This document shows positions 17,849 through 27,656 of a stretch of DNA of 64,000 nucleotides, in pieces (positions within the stretch are counted from its first letter, which is position 1; every line of letters begins with the position of its first letter). The translations under genes and the position numbers were made by a program. The stretch spans positions 578,140-642,139 of the forward strand of contig OZ019758.1 of assembly GCA_963970155.1 (NCBI GenBank), in the 5' to 3' direction. Origin of the DNA: Holophagaceae bacterium. Lineage in GTDB: Bacteria; Acidobacteriota; Holophagae; Holophagales; Holophagaceae. The notes beneath the pieces were generated by a model. It searched no databases, was not told where the DNA came from, and worked only from the letters and a program-made list of their open reading frames with translations.

Positions 17849-19561
17849 CTATTTTCGCTGAAGCAAAAGAAGGTTATCGGATCCCGTTGGTACTTCTTTG
17901 ACGGTTACAAAAGCGGACAGAAGGTTCGATCCTGACGGTTGACTAGTGGCCGCATTCCAATCGCTCGCCATAGCAACAAGAAAATGACCGGGTTTAATCT
18001 GTAAGGCACGATCAGGTTCATGAATTTCAGGCATGGCTTGATGGGTGTAGAGTAGAGCTCCGCCTCGTATGGTTCTCCAAAAGAAGACCGAATGGTCTTC
18101 AATAATGGGCCTTATTTCAGCCCCCCATCTTTTAAAGCTTTTGAGAGGTTCCATGATGGGAAAACCTAAGTGTCCTGCAACACCAAAAACCAAAGCCAGA
18201 GTCACGCACAATTCTTTGGTGGCGGTGATTAGATCCTTACTGAGAAGTCGATAAGCCACGGCGATCGTACCCAGTGAAGCTACAGAGAGGAGGGCATGGA
18301 GAAGCTTTCGTGAAGCGGGCTCGTAAAAGATAGAAGTCAAATGAGGTATCGGAATGAGTTGATGAATACCAAGGACCAAGATGAGGAAGGTCAAGCACAG
18401 CACCAAGGGCGAAATCATCAAAGTAAAATACGTTAAGCCCTTTATGAGTTTACGGGTACTCGATACGGTTTCATTCAAGAAACCCCCAACAATAATGCTC
18501 ACGAAGGGGAAACTCATGAGGAGATACTTTCCTTGTTTGCTCTCAGAAAGGGAGAGTAAGACAAAGGGAATCAAGATGCACAAAGAAATAAAAATCATTA
18601 GTGGGCTTCGGTTTTCTTTATTTTTATAAACACTAATTAGACTAGGAATTAATAGAAGCGACCAAGGAAAAAGGTCACCGAGGGCATATTCAAAATACTT
18701 CCACCATGGTTGAATATGATCCCAAGCCCGTAGCGCTCGCTCTATATTTTGGTAAATGATTAAGTAATAGCCGTAAGACCAACCAGCGCGGTAGATGGCG
18801 ATCGCATACCAAGGAAGTACGATAAGCGAGAAGAGACCAAGTAGGCTTAAAAAGTGAAACTCTTTCAACCGATAACTCTTTCTCTGGATAACCAAGAAGG
18901 CAGCTAGTATGACGATCGTCATTACGAGAGCTAGAGGCCCTTTTGTCAACGTCGCAAGACCCAAAAGGACGATGGATCGTCGATAGAAACGAGGGGCTTC
19001 ATTATCCTCTCGATAGGGCGCCAAGCCATTTTCAAGAAGATAACCACCAATCCAATACATCCAGCTTGAAGCTAGAAATACCGCAAATAACATGTCGATC
19101 TGAATGTACTGAGCTTGCCAAAACCATAGCGGGAGAACCCCTAAAATCATGACCGCTCGATGAGACAACGTATCACTTAAAAAACGATGTACCCATTGCT
19201 TGAGAAAGAAAAAGAAAAGGATGCTGCTAAGAACTGATGGAAGTCGAAGAGCCCAGGGAATTAAATGATTGATGTCATTAGGAGTCCCGCCCAAAATTGA
19301 AACTAGCCCGTTGGATATTTTCATCAACCAATAAAAGAAAATGGGCTTCTCGGTATAAATGAGTCCATTGAAATAAGGGAATACCCATTCTTTTCTTTCA
19401 ATCATCTCACGGACCGCCTGGGCGAAGTCAGGCTCGTCAGGGGACCAGAAGTCTCGAATAGGAATTAGGGTCAGGTACAAGATAGAGAAGAATATTGGCC
19501 AACGATAGGTCCTCAACCACTGCCCAAATTTTTCACCCGGAATCGTCTTAGGAGCGTCCAT
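17849..19561 (-). CDS. ArnT/PMT-like polytopic glycosyltransferase (GT39/GT83 superfamily), paralog 2
   Basis: 570 aa, many TM helices. N-terminal WSPDEPDFAQAVREM...YTEKPIFFYW parallels the ArnT motif seen in the neighbouring paralog. Confidence 0.7.
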   Translation of the reverse strand: MDAPKTIPGEKFGQWLRTYRWPIFFSILYLTLIPIRDFWSPDEPDFAQAVREMIERKEWVFPYFNGLIYTEKPIFFYWLMKISNGLVSILGGTPNDINHLIPWALRLPSVLSSILFFFFLKQWVHRFLSDTLSHRAVMILGVLPLWFWQAQYIQIDMLFAVFLASSWMYWIGGYLLENGLAPYREDNEAPRFYRRSIVLLGLATLTKGPLALVMTIVILAAFLVIQRKSYRLKEFHFLSLLGLFSLIVLPWYAIAIYRAGWSYGYYLIIYQNIERALRAWDHIQPWWKYFEYALGDLFPWSLLLIPSLISVYKNKENRSPLMIFISLCILIPFVLLSLSESKQGKYLLMSFPFVSIIVGGFLNETVSSTRKLIKGLTYFTLMISPLVLCLTFLILVLGIHQLIPIPHLTSIFYEPASRKLLHALLSVASLGTIAVAYRLLSKDLITATKELCVTLALVFGVAGHLGFPIMEPLKSFKRWGAEIRPIIEDHSVFFWRTIRGGALLYTHQAMPEIHEPDRALQIKPGHFLVAMASDWNAATSQPSGSNLLSAFVTVKEVPTGSDNLLLLQRK

Positions 19562-20294
19562 TTTTTTGTCCTACGGGGAAAGGATTGAAATCTGTTTCAT
19601 GATCGTAGACATCCACTTCCTCGGCCTTCTTGAGGTAGCTAACCGTTGCATATGTGATCGGTGTCATTAAAGTCTCATAGATAACTTTGGCAAAGTAGCC
19701 TGAAACTACTAAGTTAATAATGATGCCAACAGGGAGTTGACCCGCATGGAAACCAAAATTAATGATCAGCGAGTCTACAAGTTGTCCGGCTATGGTACTT
19801 CCAATAGTACGGGTCCATAGCATTTGACCTCTCGTCATGATTTTCATTTTGGCGAGAACATAAGAATTGACGAATTCGCCTGCCCAAAAGGCAATAAGAC
19901 TAAAAATTACCATGCGGGGAACCTGCCCTAAGACCGCCTCGAAAGCAAGCTGGTTCTTCCATGCGGGATCGAAAGGTAACCAAACCATGAAGGCACACAT
20001 TACTGCCATAAGCGCTGAGGCGAAGAAGGCAATCCAAATTGCCCTTCGAGATGCGCCGTATCCATAAACTTCGGTAAAGATGTCCCCAAATATATACGTG
20101 ATGGGGAAAAGCAGTTGGGCACCGCTAAATTGGATATCAAAAGTGTGACCCATGAAGTAAAAGGAACCAAAATTCGTAATCTTTTGGCCCACCAAATTCG
20201 AAACCATCAAAATGACGACATAGACATGGATAAGCGTATTCAGGTGCTTAAAGCGATTCGTGTCGAATGGTTGTTTTTTTATATTTTGATTCAT
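19548..20294 (-). CDS. yhhQ: Queuosine-precursor transporter (YhhQ/DUF165, VUT family)
   Basis: LLFPITYIFGDIFTEVYGY and a polytopic profile typical of YhhQ; 248 aa. Confidence 0.75.
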   Translation of the reverse strand: MNQNIKKQPFDTNRFKHLNTLIHVYVVILMVSNLVGQKITNFGSFYFMGHTFDIQFSGAQLLFPITYIFGDIFTEVYGYGASRRAIWIAFFASALMAVMCAFMVWLPFDPAWKNQLAFEAVLGQVPRMVIFSLIAFWAGEFVNSYVLAKMKIMTRGQMLWTRTIGSTIAGQLVDSLIINFGFHAGQLPVGIIINLVVSGYFAKVIYETLMTPITYATVSYLKKAEEVDVYDHETDFNPFPVGQKNGRS

Positions 20295-20300
20295 AGAATT

Positions 20301-22037
20301 TTATCGTGGCCTTAAGGCGGTCCCCGAGAGATTTCGTGGGGCGAGGAGTAAGTTGATATCTTGGTTTTGGTCTATGATAATCCACTGATCTTGGAGTGTT
20401 TTGGGCACGAGTTTCCAGATTTTGGCTTTTGCAATCATCCGAATGGGGGCTCCGGGAGCTAGGCGTTGGGTATCGGCCAAGGCCTGCTCTATCTGGCTTG
20501 GCTTTTCATAGAATTGAAGAGCAGCTTTTTCTGGAGACAGGCGATCTTTCCCAAAACGCAATTCACCTGTTCCTGCGATAACTCGACAAGGCTTTTGGGA
20601 ATAATAGGTAATGCCTTGAAAATAAGTACCAAAAGATAGCCATTCTGTATCGAGTGGAGATTGAACCACCCATTTTTTAACCGACTGAGGTGCAATGTAG
20701 TCTGAAAGGACATGAAAAGATAGCAAGAGCCCGACCATGGGTAAAAACAATACCGTGGCTAGGATCTTTGTTGGTGGTCGATAAGCAAAACGGAGAAAGA
20801 GGCCTGCCACGACAAATACCAGAAGGAGAAAAAAGGCTAGATAAAAAGATGGGGCGTCTGAGAACTTTAGGCTTAGGTAGCCCAACAATACTATTCCAAT
20901 GAGAATGAGTTCTGAGCCTATATAGGTTTGCTTAAGCGGGGCTGATTCAGATGATTCATGAGTGGTGACGAGCAATAAGAGGGGCAATAATACAGGGTAA
21001 ATATAGGGCGGCAGCTTGGAACCGCTCAGCGAGAAGAAGACAAGAACCCAGAGCGAGAACACAAAAAGGAGCCGCCTTAAGTGGTCAGGGTCATCAACAG
21101 ATAGGGGTTTTCGTGATATCAGAGTGGGTTTCATCTCCCATAATCCTACGAGGGTGAAACGGGTCCATGGGATGAGGCCTGCCAAAAGGAAGAGAAGAAA
21201 ATAGGATTTATCGATGATCCAAATATCGCTTCCTTGCCGGGCATGCTCGTGAGTGGTATATCGAATGAAGTTTTCATAAATGAAAAAGAAGTATGAATGA
21301 CCGGGATAGACTTGGTTAATTTTCCAAAACCAAGGAAAGACTATGGCGATAAAAAGAAGGACCCCTTCCCATTTGACAACTTTTCTTACAAATTGAAGAG
21401 AGCTGAGGCCTCCGATGTAAATCAAGCCATAGCAAAAGAGTAGCCCAGCAAATAAGACCAAGGCCACCGGCCCTTTGGTCAGAAAAGCTAAGCCCAAGAA
21501 AGCCCAAACCGCCATAAGGGGTAGTCGTGATCCTGCTTTCCCTCCAGCTTCAGATTCAAGAAAGAACGCGAGTGACATCATAAGGAAAGAAGTAAAGAGA
21601 GCATCCAAAGTGAGGATCTGGCTCATAGTGAATCCCATCAGTGAACTCAAGAGCGCCAGTGAAGGCCAGCTCCCAGAAGAAGGATTAATCAATTGAGTGA
21701 TCTTTCGGCTTGACCAAATACAAAGACCAATAGCGATCACCAAGGGGATTCTCGGCGCCCAATCATTGGGACCAAAGCATTCAATCGAGAGTGCTGAGAT
21801 CCAATATTGAAGAGGTGGTTTTTCAAAGTAGAGAACACCATTGAGGTGAGGGGCAAGCCAATCTCCCGTAGATACCATCTCTCTCGCAATCTCGGCATAC
21901 CGGGCCTCGTCAGGTTCCCAGAGAGGCCGGACGCTGAGAGCCAGAACCGAAGTACACGCCCAAAGAAAAAGATCTAAGAACTGGAATGAACCTGAATTCA
22001 GTTTCTTAGTTATCAACGTCACGCCCCATGGTGTCAT
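20301..22037 (-). CDS. ArnT-like undecaprenyl-phosphate-sugar:lipid A glycosyltransferase (GT83), paralog 1
   Basis: LWEPDEARYAEIAREM...YFEKPPLQYW is an ArnT-type N-terminal motif; many TM helices. The start is uncertain: ATG at 22037 (MTPWG), GTG or TTG just downstream, or 22106 as in the ORF track. All overlap the upstream gene end. Confidence 0.7.
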   Translation of the reverse strand: MTPWGVTLITKKLNSGSFQFLDLFLWACTSVLALSVRPLWEPDEARYAEIAREMVSTGDWLAPHLNGVLYFEKPPLQYWISALSIECFGPNDWAPRIPLVIAIGLCIWSSRKITQLINPSSGSWPSLALLSSLMGFTMSQILTLDALFTSFLMMSLAFFLESEAGGKAGSRLPLMAVWAFLGLAFLTKGPVALVLFAGLLFCYGLIYIGGLSSLQFVRKVVKWEGVLLFIAIVFPWFWKINQVYPGHSYFFFIYENFIRYTTHEHARQGSDIWIIDKSYFLLFLLAGLIPWTRFTLVGLWEMKPTLISRKPLSVDDPDHLRRLLFVFSLWVLVFFSLSGSKLPPYIYPVLLPLLLLVTTHESSESAPLKQTYIGSELILIGIVLLGYLSLKFSDAPSFYLAFFLLLVFVVAGLFLRFAYRPPTKILATVLFLPMVGLLLSFHVLSDYIAPQSVKKWVVQSPLDTEWLSFGTYFQGITYYSQKPCRVIAGTGELRFGKDRLSPEKAALQFYEKPSQIEQALADTQRLAPGAPIRMIAKAKIWKLVPKTLQDQWIIIDQNQDINLLLAPRNLSGTALRPR

Positions 22038-23058
22038 ATTCCAAGAGAAAATGTTCAAGGCTCTTTCTGAGGCTCTCGTCAATTCCAATAGTAGGTTTGA
22101 ATCCAAAGGTTTGATGGATTTTAGCGATACTTGGGGTACGAGTCAGCACGTCTTGATACCCCTTCCCGTAGAAGTCACTGCTACTCGAAACCTCAATCTC
22201 GCTGAGCGTGACATTGAGCTCTTTACGCTTAGGATGATCTGCCCATATATTTCTGAGCTTTTCAGCAATTTCTTTTACACTATAGTCATTCTTCGGATTT
22301 CCGATATTAAATATCTGTCCGTCAGCCTTGTTGTCCTTATTTTCAAGGATCATCATTAAGCCATCCATGGCATCATCGACATCAATAAAGCATCGACGTT
22401 GAGAGCCCCCATCAACTAACTTGAGTGGCTCACCATTAATCAGGTTCCAAATAAACTGAGTGACAAGCCTGGAACTTCCTTCTTTGGCTGCATGAAGACT
22501 ATCGAGTTTAGGTCCCATAAAATTAAAGGGGCGAAAAAGAGTAAACCTGAGATTTTGTTGCCAACCGTAAGCCCATATGATGCGATCAAGGAGTTGCTTG
22601 GAGGTGCTGTAGATCCAACGATCCATCGCAATGGGACCGGTTACTAGAGGACTCTTGTCCTCATCAAACTCAGCGTCTGGACACATTCCATAGACTTCGC
22701 TCGTCGATGGAAAAACGATCCTTTTTTTATATTTCACACAATGACGAATGACCTTAAGGTTTTCCTCGAAATCGAGCTCAAATACGCGAAGGGGATTTTT
22801 TACATACGTCGCGGGTGTTGCGATGGCCACTAAGGGGAGTACAACGTCGCACTTCTTGACGTGCAGTTCGATCCATTCTCTCGAAATCGTAATATCGCCC
22901 TGAGAGAAGTGAAACCGTGGGTGATTAAGGTACTCAGTTACTTTGCTTGTCCCTAAATCCATGCCATAAACTTCCCAATCAGTCGTATTGAGAATTCGAT
23001 GAGTTATATGAGATCCGATAAAACCATTGACCCCTAAAATAAGAATTTTCATAGTCAC
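22006..23058 (-). CDS. UDP-glucuronic acid oxidative decarboxylase, stand-alone homolog of the ArnA C-terminal domain
   Basis: Long colinear similarity to the E. coli ArnA C-terminal domain as I recall it: ILILGVNGFIG, FHFSQGDITI, WIELHVKKCDVVLPLVAIATP, NPLRVFELDFEENL, FPSTSEVYGMC, WIYSTSKQLLDRIIWAYG. No formyltransferase domain. Confidence 0.85.
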   Translation of the reverse strand: MTMKILILGVNGFIGSHITHRILNTTDWEVYGMDLGTSKVTEYLNHPRFHFSQGDITISREWIELHVKKCDVVLPLVAIATPATYVKNPLRVFELDFEENLKVIRHCVKYKKRIVFPSTSEVYGMCPDAEFDEDKSPLVTGPIAMDRWIYSTSKQLLDRIIWAYGWQQNLRFTLFRPFNFMGPKLDSLHAAKEGSSRLVTQFIWNLINGEPLKLVDGGSQRRCFIDVDDAMDGLMMILENKDNKADGQIFNIGNPKNDYSVKEIAEKLRNIWADHPKRKELNVTLSEIEVSSSSDFYGKGYQDVLTRTPSIAKIHQTFGFKPTIGIDESLRKSLEHFLLEYDTMGRDVDN

Positions 23059-23078
23059 CCTGAAGCTATTAACTTCTA

Positions 23079-24155
23079 TTAGTTAATCACGGAGGAATTA
23101 GTTACCCTACAAATAACCTTTCCAAAGTGTTGACCTGATTCAAGATACAGTTGCGCCGCCGGATAATCCTTAAAATCAAAAACTTTGTCAATGATAGGCC
23201 TAAAAGGGGGATTCGAGATCCCCGATTCTAAGCACGCCAATAACTTGAAGAAATTGGAGCGTTTACCCATGTAGGATCCATGAATGACAATTTGGCGGGC
23301 AAACAAGGATCTCAAGTTTAGGGCAACATCAGCCCCCGTTGTGCTCCCACAGGTAACAATGCGACCCCCTCGGCGACAAGCCATCATGCTTGTAGTCCAA
23401 GTGGCGGGTCCCGTGTGCTCAAAAACTACATCCACTCCCTTTTTGTGGGTAAGTTCTTTAATTCTTTCTGCAACATTTTCACGATTACGATTAAGGACAT
23501 GAGTCGCCCCGAGATCCCAACACTTAACAGCTTTTTGATCATCGCCGACGACCACAATCGACTTGGCGCCTAACATTCTAGTAAGTTGGATCGCTGCCGT
23601 TCCAATACCACTGCCCCCTCCCCAAATGAGGACTGTTTCGCCAAAGCCCAATCGCGCTTTTTCGACAAGCATTTCCCACGCAGTTAAGAAAACAAGAGGA
23701 AAGGCCGCTGCTTCTTCAAAAGTCCAACCCGAGGGAATGGGCAACAGATTATGAATCGGAACGTCCAAGATCGTAGAGGCTGTGCCATTCGTGAGATGCC
23801 CCATTACTTTGTAAGATTTACAGAGCATATCATTACCAGATTGACAGTCAAAACAAGAGCCGCAACTTAGGCCTGGGGCGATCATGACGCTAGAGCCAAC
23901 GGTTAATCCGAAAGGAAGTGACTCACTAGAACATATTTCTTCAATCACCCCGGATCCATCGGAACCAAGAATCACAGGTAGAGGTAACTGAATCCCGGGT
24001 AAACCAAGAGTCGTCCATAAATCCAAGTGATTTAAGCTCAAACTTTTCAAAGTAATGCGAACAAAGCCATTCGGTAGGGATCCAAGGGGCAAGTTTTCAA
24101 GACGAGGTGAACCAATGACTCCGTGCTCTCTGATCACCCAAGCGCTTCGATTCAT
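23079..24155 (-). CDS. Zinc-type medium-chain dehydrogenase/reductase (MDR family oxidoreductase)
   Basis: 358 aa, GSDGSG, Cys cluster CGSCFDCQSGNDMLC (structural Zn site), GGGSGIG Rossmann motif. Confidence 0.7.
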   Translation of the reverse strand: MNRSAWVIREHGVIGSPRLENLPLGSLPNGFVRITLKSLSLNHLDLWTTLGLPGIQLPLPVILGSDGSGVIEEICSSESLPFGLTVGSSVMIAPGLSCGSCFDCQSGNDMLCKSYKVMGHLTNGTASTILDVPIHNLLPIPSGWTFEEAAAFPLVFLTAWEMLVEKARLGFGETVLIWGGGSGIGTAAIQLTRMLGAKSIVVVGDDQKAVKCWDLGATHVLNRNRENVAERIKELTHKKGVDVVFEHTGPATWTTSMMACRRGGRIVTCGSTTGADVALNLRSLFARQIVIHGSYMGKRSNFFKLLACLESGISNPPFRPIIDKVFDFKDYPAAQLYLESGQHFGKVICRVTNSSVIN

Positions 24156-24158
24156 GTT

Positions 24159-25151
24159 TTATGACTCCAAGCCTGCAGGTCGGGCCAAAAGTGTCTTTAT
24201 AACTTCTTCGGGTTTGCGCCCAGATAAAAGTTGCTGAACGGCTTCCGTAATAGGCATTTGAAGATCGTGGGTTAGCGCTAACTTTAATGCGATTTCTGTT
24301 GCGAATTGCCCTTCCGCTACCTCCCCATTTAAAGTCATCTGGGCCCTCTCTAAACTACCCGTCCTTACAAGTTCCCTTCCTAGCCTACGATTACGGCTCT
24401 GCGGGCCCGTCGACGTCAAAAGCAAATCACCCATTCCGGCTAAGCCATAGGCAGTTTCTTGCTTTCCGCCAGCAGACCTGACTAGACGAGTCATCTCAGC
24501 AAGACCTCGGGTCATGAGGGCAGCACGTGCGTTATGTCCCAACCCAAGTTCATCAAGAGCCCCAGAGGCAATAGCAAGAATATTCTTAACGGCGGAACAG
24601 ATCTGGGTTCCGATTAAATCATCAGAAAGATAGATGCGAAGATAATCGGAGCTCAAGATCCCTCGAAGGCTCGAATATTCATCTGTCAATCGGGGTACCG
24701 CCAAAACCATCGCGGAAGGTAACTGGTGAGCCACTTCGTCAGCAAAGGTTGGGCCTGTCAAAAAAGACCATGGACTTCGAGTCAGGTCGCTTAATCGCTC
24801 TGAGATGTAGGGCGTTCCGTCAGGAAGCAGACCTTTGGTGGAGTGGATGAGGGTTTGATTTAATAAAAGACTAACGAAATTCTCTTTCCAAACGGGAAGT
24901 GTGACCTGCGAAGGGAGGGCGGACACAATCACCGAAGCAGCCATAACCTCGACAGGAGAAGTTGTGAAGGTCAGCAATTCAGGAAAGACCTCAGGAGCAA
25001 TAACGGGATGCGACCGAGAATTATTTAAGAGTTGAGCTTTTTCTTCTGAGCGTGTCCAAACAGTCACCCGATGCCCATTGCGCGCAAAAGCAACCCCGAG
25101 AGCGATTCCCCAGTTACCTGAGCCAATGACACCAATTTTTTGAAAGTTCAT
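24159..25151 (-). CDS. gpsA: NAD(P)H-dependent glycerol-3-phosphate dehydrogenase
   Basis: IGVIGSGNWG N-terminus, VKNILAIASG, SRNRRLG motifs. Confidence 0.85.
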   Translation of the reverse strand: MNFQKIGVIGSGNWGIALGVAFARNGHRVTVWTRSEEKAQLLNNSRSHPVIAPEVFPELLTFTTSPVEVMAASVIVSALPSQVTLPVWKENFVSLLLNQTLIHSTKGLLPDGTPYISERLSDLTRSPWSFLTGPTFADEVAHQLPSAMVLAVPRLTDEYSSLRGILSSDYLRIYLSDDLIGTQICSAVKNILAIASGALDELGLGHNARAALMTRGLAEMTRLVRSAGGKQETAYGLAGMGDLLLTSTGPQSRNRRLGRELVRTGSLERAQMTLNGEVAEGQFATEIALKLALTHDLQMPITEAVQQLLSGRKPEEVIKTLLARPAGLES

Positions 25152-25169
25152 AGGCTTATCCCGCGAGAA

Positions 25170-25763
25170 TCAAAAACGAAAAGTTGGCTCTTCTTTCTTC
25201 AATAGCCTATCAATATTACTTCTATGTTTTACGATAATGATTAGGCTGAGTATAACAATCAGCAAGAAATTAATATCCAAAGACTCAAAGAGATAGAAAG
25301 CAAATAGAGGGAGAGACAGTACTGCTGTAATACTCGAGAGGCTGACAATGCGCGTGAATATGAAACAAACGATGAACACGAGAAGAACCAACAATAAAAG
25401 TTTTGAAGAGGCCATCAATAATGCCCCACAAAGAGTGGCGACGCCCTTACCTCCTTTGAATTTCAGCCAAGGGGTGAAAATATGACCCAAAACGGAACTG
25501 AGTGCCACCCAAAAAACCCAATCAGATTGTCCCCAGGTTTTAACGAGGGCGACAGCCAGAGACCCTTTAGCCAGATCGCATAACAGAGTTAGGACGCCTA
25601 GCGAAGATCCACCTGCGCGAGCCACGTTTGTCGCCCCGATATTACCGCTTCCGAAATTGCGAATATCCCCCTTACCCTTCATTGAGACAAAAAGATACCC
25701 AAAGGGAATGGACCCTACCAAGAAACCAAAGACTATCCATGACCATAAGGAGAAAGAAAGCAT
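25170..25763 (-). CDS. plsY: Glycerol-3-phosphate acyltransferase PlsY
   Basis: GSGNIGATNVARA, FKGGKGVAT motifs; 197 aa membrane protein. Confidence 0.85.
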   Translation of the reverse strand: MLSFSLWSWIVFGFLVGSIPFGYLFVSMKGKGDIRNFGSGNIGATNVARAGGSSLGVLTLLCDLAKGSLAVALVKTWGQSDWVFWVALSSVLGHIFTPWLKFKGGKGVATLCGALLMASSKLLLLVLLVFIVCFIFTRIVSLSSITAVLSLPLFAFYLFESLDINFLLIVILSLIIIVKHRSNIDRLLKKEEPTFRF

Positions 25764-25789
25764 TTAACTAGTTTACTTGCTATGTGATC

Positions 25790-27037
25790 TTAGGGGTTTC
25801 GATTCAAGATTTCTCTACGCAATAAGTCCAGGGCCAAGGCGGATGAACGTGTTTGTATATCCAGGCGACTCCCGTGAAGATGAAATTTCTTTGTAGTACC
25901 CCACATCTTCCCTGCAATGGCAATGTGGCCTTCGCCAAGCAATTCCTTCGAATAACTGTCTAATTGAGGACCTGCATTCCCCGTAATGGCAATACTGTAC
26001 GTGCTCTCAGATTTTATTTGGAGGGAGGACGCCATCTCCATGGCGACAGCCTCGCTGGTGGGTCCATTTAATTGAAGCATTTCTTCGGAAATACCTAAGA
26101 GTTCTTTTTTGAGTTTAGATGAATAAACAACTGCTCCTCCTACCAAGACTGTTGAGGCACCAGGGATTGCGCATAGGCGCGAAGCGATTAAACCTCCAGT
26201 CATACTCTCTGCAAGAGAAAGGGTTTCCGAACGATCCTTTAAAAGTTCCAGAAGCGCTGATTCAAGTGTTGTATCACCGAGGCCAACCAGATCATTGGCC
26301 AGCAAGGTTACAAACTCGCTTGACATGGCTTCTAGATACTCGATAGAAGTGTGAGATACCAGGAATTCAACTTGGGATAGGTTGGCAAGAATAGTCCATT
26401 CTGCCTCTGCGTATTTCGCCCTGAATGGTTCTGTACGATCATTCAGGGTACTTTCCGGGACACCTGCAGTCACGAATCTTCGGGTCTGTACTTTCCCAAG
26501 GCCCTGAAGGGAGGCCTCTATTTGGGGCTGAATGAAGGTGTTCCAAATCACCTGGAGTTCTCGGGGAACCCCCGGTAAAAAGAAAAAAACCTTCTCTGTA
26601 TTTTTCGCTTGCAGCGTGAGCTTAATTCCGGGTGCCGTTCCTAGCTCATTAGTGAGGGAAACAGCACCTTTCGGTAAATAAGCTTGCTTCAAGTTGCTCG
26701 GGGCGATTTCTCTTCCTCTTGATTTAAAGAACTGAGTAATTTCCAGGGCGATGGATTCGTGATATTCGAGAGGGACATCAAAGGCGTCAGCAATAGCTTC
26801 CCGGGTTAAATCATCAAAGGTTGGGCCCAAGCCGCCACATACAATAACAAGATCACTCCGATCGAAACTTTCTTTTAATATCTTGACAATTTCTTCTCGG
26901 ACGTCGCCCACAATGCTTTTTCGTCTAAAGAATAAACCCAATGTCTTCAGTTTCTCTGCAACCCAAGTTGAATTTGAATCTTGACGACGATGATTAAGAA
27001 GTTCAGACCCAATAGCAATAAATTCAATGGCTTTCAT
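25790..27037 (-). CDS. cinA: CinA family protein (MoCF-binding domain plus nicotinamide-nucleotide amidase domain)
   Basis: IIAIGSELL, GGLGPTFDDLT, C-terminal AESMTGG (PncC-type) motifs; 415 aa. Confidence 0.8.
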   Translation of the reverse strand: MKAIEFIAIGSELLNHRRQDSNSTWVAEKLKTLGLFFRRKSIVGDVREEIVKILKESFDRSDLVIVCGGLGPTFDDLTREAIADAFDVPLEYHESIALEITQFFKSRGREIAPSNLKQAYLPKGAVSLTNELGTAPGIKLTLQAKNTEKVFFFLPGVPRELQVIWNTFIQPQIEASLQGLGKVQTRRFVTAGVPESTLNDRTEPFRAKYAEAEWTILANLSQVEFLVSHTSIEYLEAMSSEFVTLLANDLVGLGDTTLESALLELLKDRSETLSLAESMTGGLIASRLCAIPGASTVLVGGAVVYSSKLKKELLGISEEMLQLNGPTSEAVAMEMASSLQIKSESTYSIAITGNAGPQLDSYSKELLGEGHIAIAGKMWGTTKKFHLHGSRLDIQTRSSALALDLLRREILNRNP

Positions 27038-27072
27038 AAATTGAGTTTATCCTACAGCAGAAAGGGGGCTGT

Positions 27073-27357
27073 ATGATTATCCCGAGTCTTGATGATCTGA
27101 TCATTGGGGATGATGGTGAGGGGTTCATCGAAGAACTAGGACGCGATTTTGTCTATTCAGGAGGATGGTGTACGGCCTTTTTTGTGATTCGTACAAGAAA
27201 AGATCCCGAAGCGTCTTGGGGCACGTCTCTTCTTTGGGTTCATCGTTATCAAAAAGTGCATGAGGGTTGGAAGTTGATGGCCAAAGTACACCTGACTCAT
27301 GAAAATCAAATGGAGGCTCTCCGGGGCTTACTTGCGGGTCTACAAGAGTCTAAATAA
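27073..27357 (+). CDS. Hypothetical protein (94 aa)
   Basis: ORF divergent from cinA. No family recognised. Confidence 0.4.
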   Translation: MIIPSLDDLIIGDDGEGFIEELGRDFVYSGGWCTAFFVIRTRKDPEASWGTSLLWVHRYQKVHEGWKLMAKVHLTHENQMEALRGLLAGLQESK

Positions 27358-27419
27358 TATTTTATTCAAAATCCCTTTCCAATCGTCACACTCGAAAGTT
27401 AATCCTTCGGGGAGTTGCT

Positions 27420-27656
27420 ATGAAACCAGAAATCGTTCAAAAGTGTCCTTTTGCTGTCGAAGTGACCGAAGGACAGACTTATTATTGGTGCTCCTGTGGG
27501 CTTAGCAAAAAACAACCTTTTTGTGATGGCGGACATCAGGGAACTGAGTTTAGGCCTACGCCTTACAAGGCTACAGAAACCAAAATAGTTCAGTTTTGTG
27601 GCTGTAAACACTCGAAAAATGGTGTGCTTTGTGACGGTTCTCACTCATCAATTTAA
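27420..27656 (+). CDS. CDGSH-type iron-sulfur domain protein (two CDGSH motifs)
   Basis: CSCGLSKKQPFCDGGH and CGCKHSKNGVLCDGSH; 78 aa. Confidence 0.8.
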   Translation: MKPEIVQKCPFAVEVTEGQTYYWCSCGLSKKQPFCDGGHQGTEFRPTPYKATETKIVQFCGCKHSKNGVLCDGSHSSI

